Positions 14,227 through 29,400 of a DNA stretch of 64,000 nt are shown piece by piece. The position numbers and the translations under genes are program-made. The notes under the pieces are model-generated. The model saw only the letters and a list, made by a program, of their open reading frames with translations. It had not been told where the DNA came from and made no database searches. The stretch covers positions 27,528,001 through 27,592,000 of the forward strand of contig CM120642.1 of assembly GCA_051362555.1 (NCBI GenBank). The letters are read 5' to 3'. The stretch comes from Lingula anatina. Lineage: Eukaryota > Animalia > Brachiopoda. Numbering within the stretch: position 1 is the first letter of the stretch; every line of letters starts with the position of its first letter.

Positions 14227-17200
14227 AAGTATCAAAAGACTTCCGAAGGTATGCTACTCTTTTGACAAGCTGACATTCAATACCTGTAACACTACAAATA
14301 GATGTTACACTGCATAAAATACAAAAAAGTAAAACATTTGTACTTCAAAAAGGATTGCATTTTTTCACATGGAAAAAATAATGATGAACTGCAGTATGGA
14401 TATTCTCACTTAATTCATTTTTCTGATTGAGTTTCACATAATTCTTGCTGACATAAAATGGCCCCTGATTGATGAGCAGAAAGTGGACCTTTAGTAATAA
14501 TGATCCCAACATTCCTTAACCTGTCTCATTCAGATCCCAATGACGCCTGAGTTCAGAATCAAATGTCTGATTTTATTGCATGACTGTATAGATAAATGAT
14601 ATACCACTAGAACACAAAAGGCTCAAAATGCCAGTCAATGGGTGTCTGGATATTTGTATGCCTGTGTCATCACACTGGTTGACAAATACAGGTATATTTA
14701 ACCTTTTTTCAGAACTGAGGACATTGGTGTTGTTTTTTTTCTATAGTTGCTATTACATCTTTCTCACTTGCATGTAGTGTTGTAAATGCATAATGAGAAA
14801 CAGAGAACCAAAGTTAAACAAACCCAATTATACTTATAAAATGTTATGTATGAGAAAACTTCATTTCATAAAAGATACAGTAAAAGAGAAACATGCATAT
14901 TAAGAATACTGAAGTACCCACTTCTAGTTTTTTTGCCATATAAAGTTGTACTACATGACCATCTGCAATCAACTTATCACAATGTATTTTTCTACCTGTT
15001 ACAAGGCTTAAGGTAGATTATTTACTTTCTTGGCTGCGTTTTAAGGCTATTTGCTGAATAAAGAGATTAGTATAAGGTTCATTCCCCTGCCATGTTCTGT
15101 TTACTTGCATAAAAGGATTCTATTTATTTGTTCTAACATCTGAAAATATTTGCCGAGAGTAATCTCTGTTGATATGTCCATAAAACTCCCCTGTCTGCGT
15201 TGTGTTAAATAAGGAGAAATTAACTGCCTTCCTTTTAACCCAATCAACATCTTGACCTTAAAGTTCAGCAATCATTTCTAATTATGAATAAAGACAACAA
15301 CCCAATTTGTATCCTGATTAAATCTTGGGGGCAATATTTCTGAATGATTTTCATTACTGCCTTTCAATTCATTGGCATATCGGATCTCTATGATATGAAG
15401 AAAACAGCTTTACTGCCTGATCTGGCTCTGATTTAAAATGGCAAGTTTACTCAAAGCATTGTGCTTCACTTGCCAGTCTGAATCAAACGTCAGCCTTTAT
15501 GCCACCAGCTTCAGAGAAAGAAATTGATTGCATTACTCCATGCTGTGGCTTGTTGAAAAAATGTTCGTTATTTGGTTCAAACTTGCCAGAGATGAAGGTA
15601 TTTAAAAAGCAGCTGAATTCCAGTACAAACCAGTATGTGTAAAATGCATGAACAGACAAAGTAAATAGCAAAAACTGACATAGCTGAAACTGAATAGACA
15701 TAGAAGTATGTTGAAGGTAATTAAACCTTCTCCAGACTTCAATATTGACACTCTGTGGTGACTAAATTTTATCTGTCACCCTGAAGTGTTATCATCCAAT
15801 TTAAGTTCTGCAGAGTTAAGCTGAGCTAAATATGTGAACACATTAAGTTATTAGAGTTTGTATAGAAAAGATTAGCACTTGGGGGGGCATCTAAGGTGTT
15901 GTATTAAAATTCGGTATATAGCATCGTGTTTTGATTGTTTAGGCTCAAAATGCAATTCTGAAATAATTTTATTTTTTCGCATACCACACTCTCCAACACC
16001 GCTGCAGGTCTGCAGGTGAGTTGAAACAGACATTTAACAGCAGCACAACAATTCCTCTGCTTGCTAACTGACATGTGTAATGGCCCTGTAAGTCCTTCCA
16101 CTTTATAAACCGACATATTTAATAGCATTGTGACTGCCTCCACTTTGAAGCTGAGTGAAATTAACAAACAACTGGGCAACTTTCACTATATGTGCCTTTT
16201 GGGTAAGAGAGTATAGAGGAGTAACTTGATATTGTTGTAGCGTTATTCCGGCTACACCATGTCATGGACACAATTTCATTTACAATTCAGTATGTATGCC
16301 TTTTCATAAAGCAAATTACCAAAGACAAACATGCTGCAATTTATTGCAGCTAGCTTCTCCCCTTCAACAAAAGCAACTCTGATGTAACTCTTTCACGCCC
16401 GCCAGGCAAAAATCGCCATATTAACCCTTTCTACATCCAAGCAAAGGGAAAAAGGCCTTTAAAGAAATATACATCACTCTCAATGGACAACAAATGCTTA
16501 CTTAATCTAGCAAAGAAAAGTTTGATGTAGATCTTAAGACACTGTGATACCTATTGCAATTTCTTTTGTGTAGGGGATTGACTTAGAATTACAGTTTACT
16601 GATGTTAATTCATAATCTTGCATCTAACAAAAACAACAAGATCAGTTTTCCATGAAGAAATGTTTCTTAAAGTCAAACTATGCATAACAGCTTATATATA
16701 TATGCAGTTATTACTGTTGCATATATGCACAAAGAGGTACATAATAATATTTTTGAATTGTCAAATGTAACCAGTCTTTTTGTGGGCTTGTCAAAACACA
16801 ATTGTGAATTTTAACATTTCTAACTTGATTCTTGTAGTGTGGTCAAACCTCAAGAAATAAGGAATATTATAGAGGGCAAACTTGACAGGAAACTTAAAAT
16901 TTGTGTGCAACTGGATCACAATTTTTTTTATAAATGTTTGTTTGGCACTGGAGCATGTTTTTCGTGTTTGTCTGAGGCTCGACCATAATTGTTCATGTCA
17001 ACATTCAGGTTTCCTAGTGCATCATATTCCAGGTCTTCTTCTAATGCAGAAATAATGTATAAAAGCTGTGTCAACAATCCAGTTCACCTAAAACTGTTTA
17101 TATTATGAGGACACTGGAAGGGGATGAAATTTCTAATTATTTCTGGCTCTTTAAATGCTTTTTAAAACACAACAGGCTATGAAAAAAAATCAGCTGTTCA

Positions 17201-17721
17201 CTGCTTTTTCCAATCTTCTCCCATGTTAATTGAAATTGAATTCTTTTTTTTTTTTTTTGAAGAAATTAATCTTCAATTCTAATTTCCCTTTACAGCAGGT
17301 GTAGATGAGACAAAAGGGAAAAACTTGTTTTTATGTTCTTGCAGCCTTAAAAACAACAAAACCCACAATATGTTCTCAAGTGTACAGCTGTAGGGACATT
17401 GGGCAAAAAACCAGAAGCAGACCATTTCACCCTTAAATGCCAAATAACATTTAGTATTGAACATGTAGACAAGTATAATGAAAACAAGCAAGGGGACATA
17501 AATAATCATCACATGAAATTAAAAACACTTTGGCCATCTTCTTAAATACAGTCAAAATCTTCATTCTAAATCCTGTAATATTAAAGTGGCAATACAACAG
17601 TTTATCCCAGTGGCTACAGTTATCACACGCTTCCTAGGCAAAATCATTTCAGTCTGATATTTAGCTTAACCTTATAAGCTGTGAAGGTAAGCTGAATAAG
17701 TAGTAATCAATGATTTCTTAC

Positions 17722-20700
17722 CTGCACAAAAGGGATGGGTGTCTGTCTGGCAGGGGACGTCCTCGGTGTCGGGGTGAGATCCTGTGTGGATTGACAAGTG
17801 GGAGAGCTGCTAGGGGAAGGCAGATCACAGGAAGCTGCGCCGGCAGCAGCTTCACGGCTCAGATGGACAGAGCGAAACGCCTCTTCCATGGTGACGCTGG
17901 TTTTCCTCACAGGGCTGGGGTCTTTCATTATGCCGAGAGATGAGGCAGAGGAAGGGGAATAGGACAGCTTGCTTTTCCTACTCCCAATCATGCCCACAGC
18001 GCTTTTGCTGCGGGTTATCCCCTTACCCGGCCCTGGGATAGTCAGGGTGCGAGGTCTGTCCTGAGAATCTGAAAATGAAGTCTCGGGGCTCGTCGAGGAC
18101 CTCTTGTGGTGGTTGTCTTCGAGTTCAATCTTGTCTGGTTTAACAATGATGAACTTTCCTTTGGATGATAACTCAATTTCTTTGGTGTCAGCAGCACGTA
18201 TCTTTGGTTTGGTGGAAGGCAAGATATTTTCTGACTTAGATTTCTCTCTAGTGTCCTCCTGGCTTCTCTGAAACTCTGGCAACTGGGTGATTTGGTCTCT
18301 TTCTTCTAATAACTGAGGAGTACTGGCACTTTGGGGCTGTACAGATTTTTTTGTGATGTTTGGGATGTCTACACTTTCTTTCATTTTATCCGCGCTTGGG
18401 TCACTTTTCGACTTCACTTTCAGAGAATTTCTATTACGACGTGATACATCCAAGCGATCAATCTCCCCTTCGCCTACAATGACGCTCTCAACCACATCAC
18501 TGTAAGAAGTGATTTCTGAATCAGTCTGCGATATGTGGCTATCTGCTAAGGAGTGGACACTCATCTGATCGTCCAGCTGGCCCTCACAGACCTGCGGCCC
18601 ATACCCCTTCTCTGGGTGTAGCGTTCCGAAACCATTGCTGTCTTTTGGTCCCCTCTCCTCACTCTCAGGCATTTTCTCAGTGCGACCAGGGGGATGGGTG
18701 ATAAACCTACCATTGGAGGCCTTATTGCCCCCTGACCGTCCAGAAGAATCGATTCTGACCCGTTGCCTTGAACCAGACTGTTCTGAACCCTCTTGCTCAG
18801 ATACAGGACTGGTGATAATTTTGGGCAAATTTCTGGCATCATATCCCGATCTTCGACGCATTTTTGGCAATACTACAATAGTTGGCGATGCTGTGGTGAC
18901 TGTCTGAATAGCATCAGAATAACCACTTGACTGTTCTGATTTATTGTCCGATTCACTTCCATCTTCCACAGCGCTGTCAGATGTAAACACCTCATCCTCA
19001 TCGTCCACTTTCAAGGCAGGCGAAGTCTTGGCGTTCTTTTTGGGTGTTGACATTTGCTGGGGAGGCGAACTGGTTAAATGGTAGTGGTCAAAAATGGTGT
19101 CTCGATCCAAGGACCCAGTTTTACTGTGACGAAGGTGATGATTATCATCGAGCTCCTGCTCATGAAGCTCTATTGATGCTGGCTCACTTCTGGTCTCTGA
19201 ATAATTATCCTGTGAAACATTCTCTTTGTTTAACATTGCCAGTCGCTGCGTTAAGTTCTGAAGTTTATTTGAACCTGACATATTCATGTCACCATAGGTT
19301 GGAGACTTTATGCCAGGTGACATCATCATTGGAGACGTTGGAAATGAGCGCGTGCTTGTGCCATACCGTGATCTTAAACTATACTTAGTCAAAAAATCAT
19401 TACTTAGGATACTTCTCTGTGCAGCACGCAGTTGCTCCCCAGAGAGTTCAGATGCTGGCTTACGACTCAGCGTAGGGCGCCTGAACGTCGCAAATGGCGG
19501 CAGATTTGGTTTGGCTTTAAAGCTTCCTGACCTAGAAAGTGAAGGTGTAATGGAGGGAGGAGACCTAGCATCCATGTTACTGCTAGTGTCCTCGACCGAT
19601 TCCACACTAGAGTCTTTTAACGTATCCACGCTGGATCGCCTGCTGCTACTTAAAGAGCTGATAGGAGTGCTGTCTGAAAATGACTGCAGAGTTGCAAGAC
19701 GTGCAACGTGCACTTTTTTCACACCAAACACACTGGCGTTGTATTGGCTACTCTGCTGTCTGGTTTTTAAATTTGTAACATTACTGAGAGCAGATCTTTC
19801 TGAAAGTGATATACTGCGCTGACGTGACTTTTGTCGTAAGTGCATCAGCTCGCATTGTGCCATCCCACTCGCACAACAGTCCTCGTCTTCCTCTGACGTC
19901 TGACTAGAACTCCTGCGACGGGCACGATTGTTTGGCTGAGCCTGTGACTGTGTGTCATTCCAGTACAGAGTTTTATCAGCATTAGTAATAGAGGGGTATG
20001 TCTCAAACTTTGGGGGTTCAGTCACAACTCCTTTTCTCCTACGTGAACTTACAACTCCAGTTGTAGGAGCATCCACTGACTCTGAAGCACCAACTCCTGT
20101 TGGGTTATCTGCCTTTAAACTGACAACCTCTGCTTTATTATTATCTGACCTTGCCAATAACTCGAAGCGCTCATCCCTGTAGTAATCCTCGACTGTAGAT
20201 TCGCTGAAACTTCTGCGAAATGGAGGTCTATTATCATAGGTAGATATTGACTGACTGGGAGAAACATGTGAGGAATGCACCTCCTTATACTCTTCCGGGA
20301 CTGACAAGTACTGCTGGCTTAATGCATGCACTTGTACACTCTGTGAACCATCTGCACTGGTTTCATTATAACCCCCAGTGCTTAGTGGGGTTAATTCCTT
20401 ACTCAGTGCTGAACTAGTAGCCTCACTCCAGCGTGCAGTCCCAGCCGCATAATTATTATCATTCTCCTTGGGGGAGTCTGCACTACTGGTAGAATAGTCC
20501 TGGCCCAGATCAGCTGTTCCTTCCTCCTTGGAAAATAACTTTTTCCTTAAAATATTTTGGCGTGTGAGTTCATTCTGTTGACCTTTACCAGTTTCTGAAA
20601 CTCCGATACCAGTTACAATGATTTTTCCTCCTTCTGTATCTAAATCCCTGCTGAGAGCCCTTTCTGCATTACAGAAATCCCCTACTTGTGCCTCACTGTT

Positions 20701-21204
20701 ATAATCACCATCATGACCGTAATTAGAATTTTTCTCAAAGGTAAAACTTTGGTTCAAACCTCCTGAAAAAATACCAGGCTCCTGGGCTGATATAGCCCTC
20801 GCTGTTTGTGCTACTGCCGATCTGATTTCTACCCTTTCTTGTGAACTCTCTCTCCACTCACTACACCTCAGCTGTTCTCTAGAAGTTATTTTAGGTGCTT
20901 CACCACCAGCAAGCTGTCCGCTTTCACTAGTGTACAAGGCGTCTGTAGCAGATTGATGGGGCTTGCCTTCCCCACAATCACCGGTAGTGCAAACAATCTG
21001 TTTTTCCTCCGTTAAACATTTATCATCCTGGACCTCAGTATTGTGAATGCTACCCAAAGCCCCAGGTGCACCGACACAGGGATGCACGGCGTAACGGCGG
21101 AGCAGCGATGAGCGAGACGCAGCGCTGCCATGAATCGAATCCCCTTCTGTGGCTGCTAGGTCTGGCCGTGCGCCAGAACGCAAGTCGAGTCCGTCGGCTG
21201 ACAT
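17722..21204 (-). CDS. Giant first coding exon (~1161 aa, Ser/Arg-rich, predicted disordered) of an unidentified multi-exon gene continuing beyond position 1
   Basis: 3.5-kb stop-free frame from ATG 21204. Canonical donor CAG|GTAAGA after ...PFVQ at 17722 (phase 0), just before the ORF-track stop. Many basophilic kinase sites (RRSFS, RRRSSS, RRSS, RRPT, RRRS, RKTS). No folded domain recognised. Confidence 0.85.
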
Positions 21205-21849
21205 AGACTGAGTTTAGATAAACAGCTGCAGCATTGGCATAGGCGGTAATCCGATAGCCGGCAGCCTCTGAAGCACTAGGGTTTGCTGCAATCATGAGAA
21301 GATGAAGCAATATAAAGAGCACTCCGGCACGTTCGGCGATCTGTCTCTCAATGTTGACGATATCCGCTGGCTGCAACCTCCACAGTCAAGTGCAATGTTT
21401 ACATTTGTGACAAAGGTCAAATGCGTCTGTAACTTGGTCAAATATTGACTTTTTCTTATACGAGACTTACGTGAGTTTTCTATCTTCTGATTAGTGCTGA
21501 AACTGTCTACAAAGAGGTGCCACCTGCGCCGTTTAGCGCCGGAGAGATTGCGACCTCCCCGTTCAATCGCCTCCTTTTACACACTGACTGGGCCACGCGT
21601 GCCTGTCAACCAGCGAGACTACACTGTGCCCACTACGACCCGATCCTGACTATATGTCGCATTACTGCCCTGAAGGGCAAGCGCATTAATGTACGATAAA
21701 TAGTCTGATTTTCTACATGGCTGAACGCATTGCACGCGCTCAAAGTCAAATTTACATTCACGTGGTTGATCAAATGCAGAATCGAGTAAATTTATTGTAG
21801 AATTAGCGAAATGAACGACATGCGACAAAAGGGTCCTGCTGGTGCCCCA

Positions 21850-21885
21850 CAGCTGGTCACGTGATCTAATTAACTTCCGTTTTCA
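21850..21885 (-). promoter_or_regulatory. Putative promoter of the giant-exon gene (E-box plus ETS-like site) in a CpG-rich island
   Basis: GGTCACGTGAT at about 21855-21865 and ACTTCCGTT at about 21873. CpG density is visibly high over 21050-22000 compared with flanks. Confidence 0.45.
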
Positions 21886-22487
21886 TTCTTTCGTTCACAC
21901 CTTTATGTCAACAAGAGCATTCTCTTGTAAAATAATGAATAAAGTTGAACGTGACGTCTTTGTTTAGCCGATGGATAGAAACATGACCATTTGCACTTAA
22001 ACGTTTATAGCGTGATTGTCTAGGGGGAAAGAAAGTAGATGGAGAAATTGTCCTTTGTTAAAGACTGAAGTAGTGAAGAGAGCAGTGAAGTTAAATAAAA
22101 CAAATAAACAAATTAAAATTTTGCCCGAGGCACATGTATCTTTCTATATTTTCAACATCTTAATTCTGGTATACTCAAACAGTGTGTTTGATAAGCCCAG
22201 AGAAAAATGTGTTAGCAGTGTGCGATTGTGTTTTACTTTAGTGAAGAGGTTAGGCTGCAAAATCTTCAGCTTCAGTAAGAAAAATTCACGTACTTGCAGC
22301 AAATCGCCTCTTTGGAGGCAGATTCTACAAATTTTACAAACTATTGCTTACACAAAATTAAACAAAACAGCACAAGAAAATGTACCAAATTGAACATAGC
22401 AAAACATCAGCGTGATCGACGAAAATCAGTTTTCTGTTCCAATCAATAATAAAGATACAAAAAGCCAATTTAAACCTTTTTCTACAT

Positions 22488-22493
22488 TTTATT
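22488..22493 (-). terminator. Probable poly(A) signal of JADE
   Basis: AATAAA on the minus strand about 1 kb after the stop codon, following a U-rich 3'UTR-like tract. Confidence 0.45.
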
Positions 22494-23464
22494 GTACAAC
22501 AGTAAAAAGGACTTGCGATTGTTATTTACAGCCCATGCTTCTCAAAAGCCACAAGTTGAACATTCTTTAGAGTTCAAAAGAGGTAAACATTGTCAGTTTA
22601 AAATATCAAATGTAACATTTGCTCCTAGCCAACATCTATTTCATAATTAACAAAAATACGTTTTAAGACAAAAGAACACAAAAAGGTTGGTGTAGATATT
22701 TCATAAAAATTCACAAGACGTGTCTCTTTTGTCGTTTTCTATGATGGAAAGACAAGAACTTCTTATCACATTTTCTATTGTTTGTTGATCAAGTGAAAGC
22801 ACAACTTTTCATAGAAAACACAACAAAGTAAACATGGCATATCTCAATCAAAAACAAAGCAGGAGATCTTACTAAACCAAAAATGTTTCAAAACAACTTC
22901 TTTCTAACCCTGTTGCCCCACATATATTTGAATCAAGAGTTTTTAAGGATGAGCACCACAAACCAACTGGTCAACATATAAAATGAGTAAAATAGTTGTC
23001 CAAGTGATCTTGTTCTATTTTTTCCTTTTGCTTCTCCTTTTGTCACATCCAATTGACTGTAAAAGTAAACATCATTTTATAAAACAAATTGGAACAGTTG
23101 CTATTTAGCATTGCTCCAGATATTATACTCAGTTGTTTTGAGACTAAATGCTTTCCAGAACATTCTTCCTCCTATGTTAGACATGCCTTTGTTGTTTGCT
23201 TTAAGGTTGGAACTAATTAGATAGTGACATGTCCATAACGAATTAGTTAATTAGTTAAACAAATTATGAAACCTCCTATTTATTTATGTGGCTGCTCTTG
23301 TCAAACTGCATCATTTCCAAAGGGCTTTCCTGCCTTCTTAAATTATACTGACCTCAAGAAAATAAACTGTCACATTCCCAACTTTATCCTTTATCAAATG
23401 CACAGACCTTCATATATCTTTATATACACATATTTTACAATTTTGTTTCTATACAGTACATGTG

Positions 23465-26400
23465 CTATCTTCCGTCTCCACTGTCTCCTAGCCTGCTACG
23501 TGTCACTCTCCTTGTTGGCCCACTAACATCCGACACATCGCTGACACTTTCCACATCAACGGAATCCGAATCCGAGCTGTCACTTTCACTGCTTTTTCTA
23601 GTCCTCGTTTTCTTGCAGATTTCTCTAAACACCTCAGAGTTCCTGAAATTGATAGCTTTTTTGGGCCTCCGTGTGGTGGACCGTGTTTCACGATCAGGTG
23701 TTGTGTCTCGACTTGACCGACAAATACTGATTTCATTGTCTACATTTTCAAACAGTCGGTCACGAGAGTTTGTGTCAATGTCCATTTCAATCCTCCTCCT
23801 GGTACTCCTGGTTTCAGGACTGTTCAACGGGTCTGAGAGTCCAGAATTCCGTAAATTGGGTGAACCACGAGTGCTCAAAAACGTTTTCTGTCCATTACCT
23901 GAATGACCATTAAATCTCTTGGACTGAGGTGTTCTACTTTCCTGTAATGTATTAACATTTTGAACTGGATCCTCCTTCTTAAGAAGTGGTTTGAAATAAG
24001 AATCAAGCCTACGTTGTGTATGGTCATTGACTCCGTTTACTGGCCGAAGTTTTCGAGATCGGAATACTTTATTTTGTACTTTCTGCTTTATCTGTTCGGA
24101 GACAAGATATTTTGATGCAGGTTTTAAGGAAACACCATTCAAGTCCTTCTTCTCATCAAGGTGCAAGTCCATTCCTCTCCTGTTCAGAATTTTCTCTGGA
24201 CTAAGCCTGTTTTCCTTTAAACTGGAGGGTGAGGATGGGCTGCCTCGTGTCATACGTTCTCTCTTACTTTGCTCCTCAGCAGCAGCAAAGTATAAATCAT
24301 AAACAGTTTCTCCTTTTCCTTGGTCGATGACTTTTTGGATTTCCCTGTTAGACATCCTGGGGTCACCTTCAACCACTTCTGCCTGCTTGAAGAAAATTTC
24401 TTCTCTTGATTTGTAGTAGGAACGCCTGATCTTCTCTCGTCTGCTTACCATGTAGCACAGATTACGAACCTGAGAAATAGATGATGTCAATTATCACTGT
24501 ACTCAACGGCTTAATTGAGTGTCAAGTATACAATGGCACATACTTGAGGCAGGTGCAAATTTATTTTCTAAGAAATGACATGACACATATGACCACATGG
24601 AGACAAAAATGCGTGGTCAAATATTTGTCTTTGTGTATTCTTCAATATTTGTTTTTTTCCTCTCTTGTCAAAGAGTCAGGCATTTTTTTCTGCCAAAAGG
24701 CAATTACCACAGTCACACAGAAAGTTCAAGTATTACTAATAGGCCTCAGGCATTCTTCTAGTGTCATCTGAGACATGTTGAAGAGGCTAAGTCTTTTTCC
24801 GAGGATTGCCTAATTAAACTATGTTAACCACAGGCAGTCTATGCAATCTGTCACTCCTCCCACTCACAGTCATGTCTATTGCATAGCTCAGCAAGCAAAT
24901 GACATCAGAAAACAGAGCTTACATTTGTTTAACGCAATCAAAGAATCCACGAATCTAAATGCAAATCGCAATGTCTGACACCACTGATATTTTTAACATA
25001 AAAAAACAGGGTGCAAAACACTATATATATTCCTTACCCTTTCCAAGTCTTGCCTGAGATGAACAAACATTTTCATCCTGGCTATCAGACTACTCTCCTG
25101 CTGCTTGTTTAACATGTCTTCCTCCTCCATCTTAGGCATTAGTAAGGCCTTGTTAAACCGAGCCTGAAATAGTTCAAACCTCAAGCATAATAATAATAAT
25201 AATAATAATAACATATCATGTTCATAACTTTTGAAACCTTTATGATTTTCGCATTTCAGTCTAAAAAGTATGAAGTGACTTCACAAACTGACCATTTCCC
25301 CCCTATTTTTTTCCCATAAGGATGCCTACACTATAAAATAAAATGAAATTCTTAGATTTGAAATGACTTTTACTCTAAGATATCCTTACCCTTCTCTTTA
25401 ACTTCCAGTATTCGAACACAAATGAGACCAGCTCTTCGTCAAGTTCTAATGCCTGGGCGACCTTTTCTACTTTTACCACTGTGTAGAACTCATTTTTAAG
25501 TTCTTCAATTCTGCAATAAAAAATTTACATTATTGATTCAATATATTATATACAACGAATGAAAAAACCTGAGCAAAAATAAAATGCTCAAAACTTTAGT
25601 AATTCAGTTTAAGTCTTCTTATTTCTTGAATTAAAAAAAAAAAATGTGTTCAGCATATAAAACATACCATTTCTCTTGTTAAGTATGGGTATCAGGCCTT
25701 CTATACCTTAAGTGAGGTTTTGTATTGAAATCTGTTATAGGCTTTCAGGAACGAGGACATGACTTATTATTTACAAAGCATGCCCTGTGGTTATAAATAG
25801 ACTGCTACCAATAACCACAACCTTTATCATGCTACTAAAATGTCTGTTCTTTGTTTATCAAATTTAAAATGTCTTGACTTTTTACTTTGGGATAAAGTAG
25901 GGAGAGGGGAGCACAGTAAGGAGAGAGTGCTCTAAACAGAGTTGAGAAAATCCCAACAATGATGATTCTTTAAGTGGTCTTTGTAATACAGTTCAAACTA
26001 AACTCAATGATAAAATATCTCTAATATTTGCTTGCTTCATTACTAGTCAGGGCCAATAAAAGCCTATACATTTCACTTTTTTTATATTTACTAGTAAATC
26101 ATATGCTTATTCATTCGGCTCTCATTGAATTCAGGGTTACAAACCAACACAAGCAGCAGTCTCTAATATAATGCTTCAAGATTTACTGTAACTTCTAATA
26201 GATAACTAATATACATCCTCATATCCAAGATCACCACAAGGCACTGTGTCTAACATGGCTTTGCTACTTATAGCCAACTAATAACTAGTTTACATCTTCT
26301 CCATCATAAGCAGTACTACATATCACCAGGAGACACAATGTCTAACATAAATTCACTATAATTTCTACTAAGATTTACTTTCAGTGATGATTAACTAGAT

Positions 26401-29400
26401 TATTCATTACCAATAATGTCTTATTATATCTAGGGTAATATATAACCACGTTCCTTACTTGTGAGCTCTGAGATTTTCCTTCTCTTGCTTGGTAAGTTCT
26501 TTCCTGGGCGTTCCTGGGGTTCCAGGGCTTCCCACCTTATATGGGCTGCCTGGGGGACTAGAATCAGAGCTGCTGCGTTTTCTACCACTGTGCTTGCTAC
26601 AATAAGCCTAGAAAGGAAATGCAGGTAGGCAGGATAAAATCATGATGAGAACCCGTTTTGGAGATCATGCTCCCTGCACAACTGCAATGTGTCTAATTTA
26701 AAACTGGACAAACTTGCTGTTAAAGAATACATTTAGTGATACATTAAAGTTAAAATAGGGGCAATAGGCATAAGTGAGTAAGTAAAAGTTGAAATGACTA
26801 ACAAAACTTAAAGTAATTTTACAGCTGTGATGCACCTTGAATACTAAAATGGTTCCGGTCTAGTTGTTTGACTACCAGGCAACCTGAGCAAGTGCAATGG
26901 GCACATTAAAATGCTGGGCTTGAGTACATTATTTCAAATAGGCAAGAAATAAATTGTAATCATCTCTAGAACAGTGATAATAAAACTGAAAGGTATAACG
27001 TATTAGGAGAGAAAACCTAGAATTTACTTATTTATTTTTAAAACAATATCTTATGACATAAAAGTTTTATCCCAAATAAATAAATAAATGTTTAGCAGTA
27101 ATAACCTGAACATATATATAAACACAAACACACCTTTAATTTCACATCATCTTCATCATTCTCATCTAATATTGTCTTCATCTCCAGTCCATTTTGAAAT
27201 GCACAGGTCACATGAAATGCAGTTTTGCAAGTTTTCACAGAGCACTGGATACATGCTCCTATATTCCTCTCCCTGCAGAGGCTGCACACTAGGGCCCACC
27301 GGCTGGACTGGAAGAGACATATATCATGGTTATTTAATATGTGAAGGGATCACTGCTTTTATTATTTTACACAGAGCTGAAATTGGCATTTTACACTTAC
27401 AATCTGTTAACTCTATACTGACAGTCAGAAACAAGAGACAGCAAAAAACTGATTGTATGATCTTATTCCAATCTTTATGTTATTAAACCTTAATGATACT
27501 TCAAACACTGCCCTTCTCAGAAACTGCTATTGCTTCTATATTTCTTTGTGCTGACAGCAGGGCATATTATATAAAACAAACAACTGATAAATGTCCAGTT
27601 TAATATCATGAATAATTCCAATGAAATATTGCAACTTACAGGAATATGTGATATTTTTGTAATTGGCTCCATTTTATCTGGGTCTCCAATACTAACTTCT
27701 GGAATCCAGAGAGCACAGCTTACATGGGCCCACTTGGTGCCACTCCTGTAATAATAGAAGGGGAAAAAAAAAGAACTTCAGAGCTGAATAATCACTTCCC
27801 CCAACTATCATTTTCATATTTTCAACAGCTTAACTTCACTAAAATACAAATGCTTTACACACCTACATATAAAAATATTCACTAGGTGTGTCATAAAGAA
27901 ATATTATAAGTTAAAGGAAATTAAAAACCAAGATGGAGGGTAAATACTTATTCAAAGTCACAATTCTTCTCTTGGATTCTTACTTTGTGCTTTTCATTGC
28001 CCCTCCCCTATTGGGGCAGAGAATACACTGGGGTTTAATCCCCAGGGCACATGTTCTACACAGCCAGCTACCATCTGGGATCTTCTGCACCCCATAGCAA
28101 GCCTGGTGCACACAGATATCACAGGAATCGCAAAACACCATCTCGTTGTGGTCCTCACTGTCAGGCTACAAACACAAAATATATAGAGAGACAGTTGAAT
28201 GACAATAGTCCTTTTGTTCATGTCTATTTTTTTCATGAAATCAAACCTAGCTTTTGGTTTGTTTGTATAAACAAAGTAAAACTTGGGACTATTTAAGGTT
28301 ATAGAGCAGAGCCGGTCTTCAGCATACCATACCCATTCAGTGTTAGGACTTTGAAGTCCAGTGTAATACTTATTATGTAATCTTACAGTGATCAAAGTTA
28401 TTTTCTGACGTCACCCATTTACTAAGTACTTCAAAATTATATTATAATCCATCTCATTTATACCATTATTATACAACTACTACAAAAAGTTCCACACTGC
28501 CTCATACTTACAGAGCGACACACATCACATACTACATTCTCGTCATATTCAATGCCAAGGCCTTCTGATGTTTTAATTGTGGCTTCTATGTTTTCATGAC
28601 ACTGCAAAGCAAAATTTTAGTTTTTAGGACACTTTAAAGTCAAACCTCATCTTTGCTTAAGATGCTAGACTTGCAAATATAAAATCTATCTGACATTTAT
28701 GTTACACTGAATATTGCTTTCTTTGATTTTCCAGAAATCATTTCTTTTTACTAAAAAGAAGCGTCATTCAGACAGACCTGGTGTTCTAGTTCTTCTATAA
28801 TCTTCTCCATGGTCCATTCCAGCATAGGTGGTTCACCTGAAATAACAATTTCATGAATGCCAACACAAAAACAAATCAAGTATGAACCGTGAGGCAAGCA
28901 CAATTTAAAAAGGTTGGAACAACAACTTTGAGTTAAAAAAAATCTTTTTTTTTTTAAATAATTTAGTTGCTTTAATACTTTTCTAGCTGCTTAGGGTAAA
29001 AATACAGTAAGTATCATTATAAGACATGGTGTACATTCACTGCTTACCCATCTCCTCTCTTTTTCCGTTAAATAGCTGTAACCACTTGACATCCATGTCG
29101 TCCAAATCGTAGCGACAGACTTGCTCAGCAAGCTGCTGCATGCCTGTTAACTCATGGATACCCTGTTTGTAGTTTTCATCTACTGTAGCATGGAGCTGCT
29201 TGCGGGGGCTGCAGGAAGAGCATACATGGGTTTAACAATACACCAATGGACCAGTTTCTTTGTCTTTTAATCATCAATTGAAGAAAACTACTGACTGGCA
29301 ATATTTTTACAAGTAAATTTAAGTTTCAATTTTCGTGAAAAAAAAAAAAAAAGTCAAGGTGGCCCAAATTTCAATGTACCTATGTTCTGATCATCTATTT

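Noticed and set aside
18635-20182. Plus-strand ORFs of 76-170 aa
   Set aside because: Antisense shadows of the Ser-rich giant exon; no independent start or splice context.
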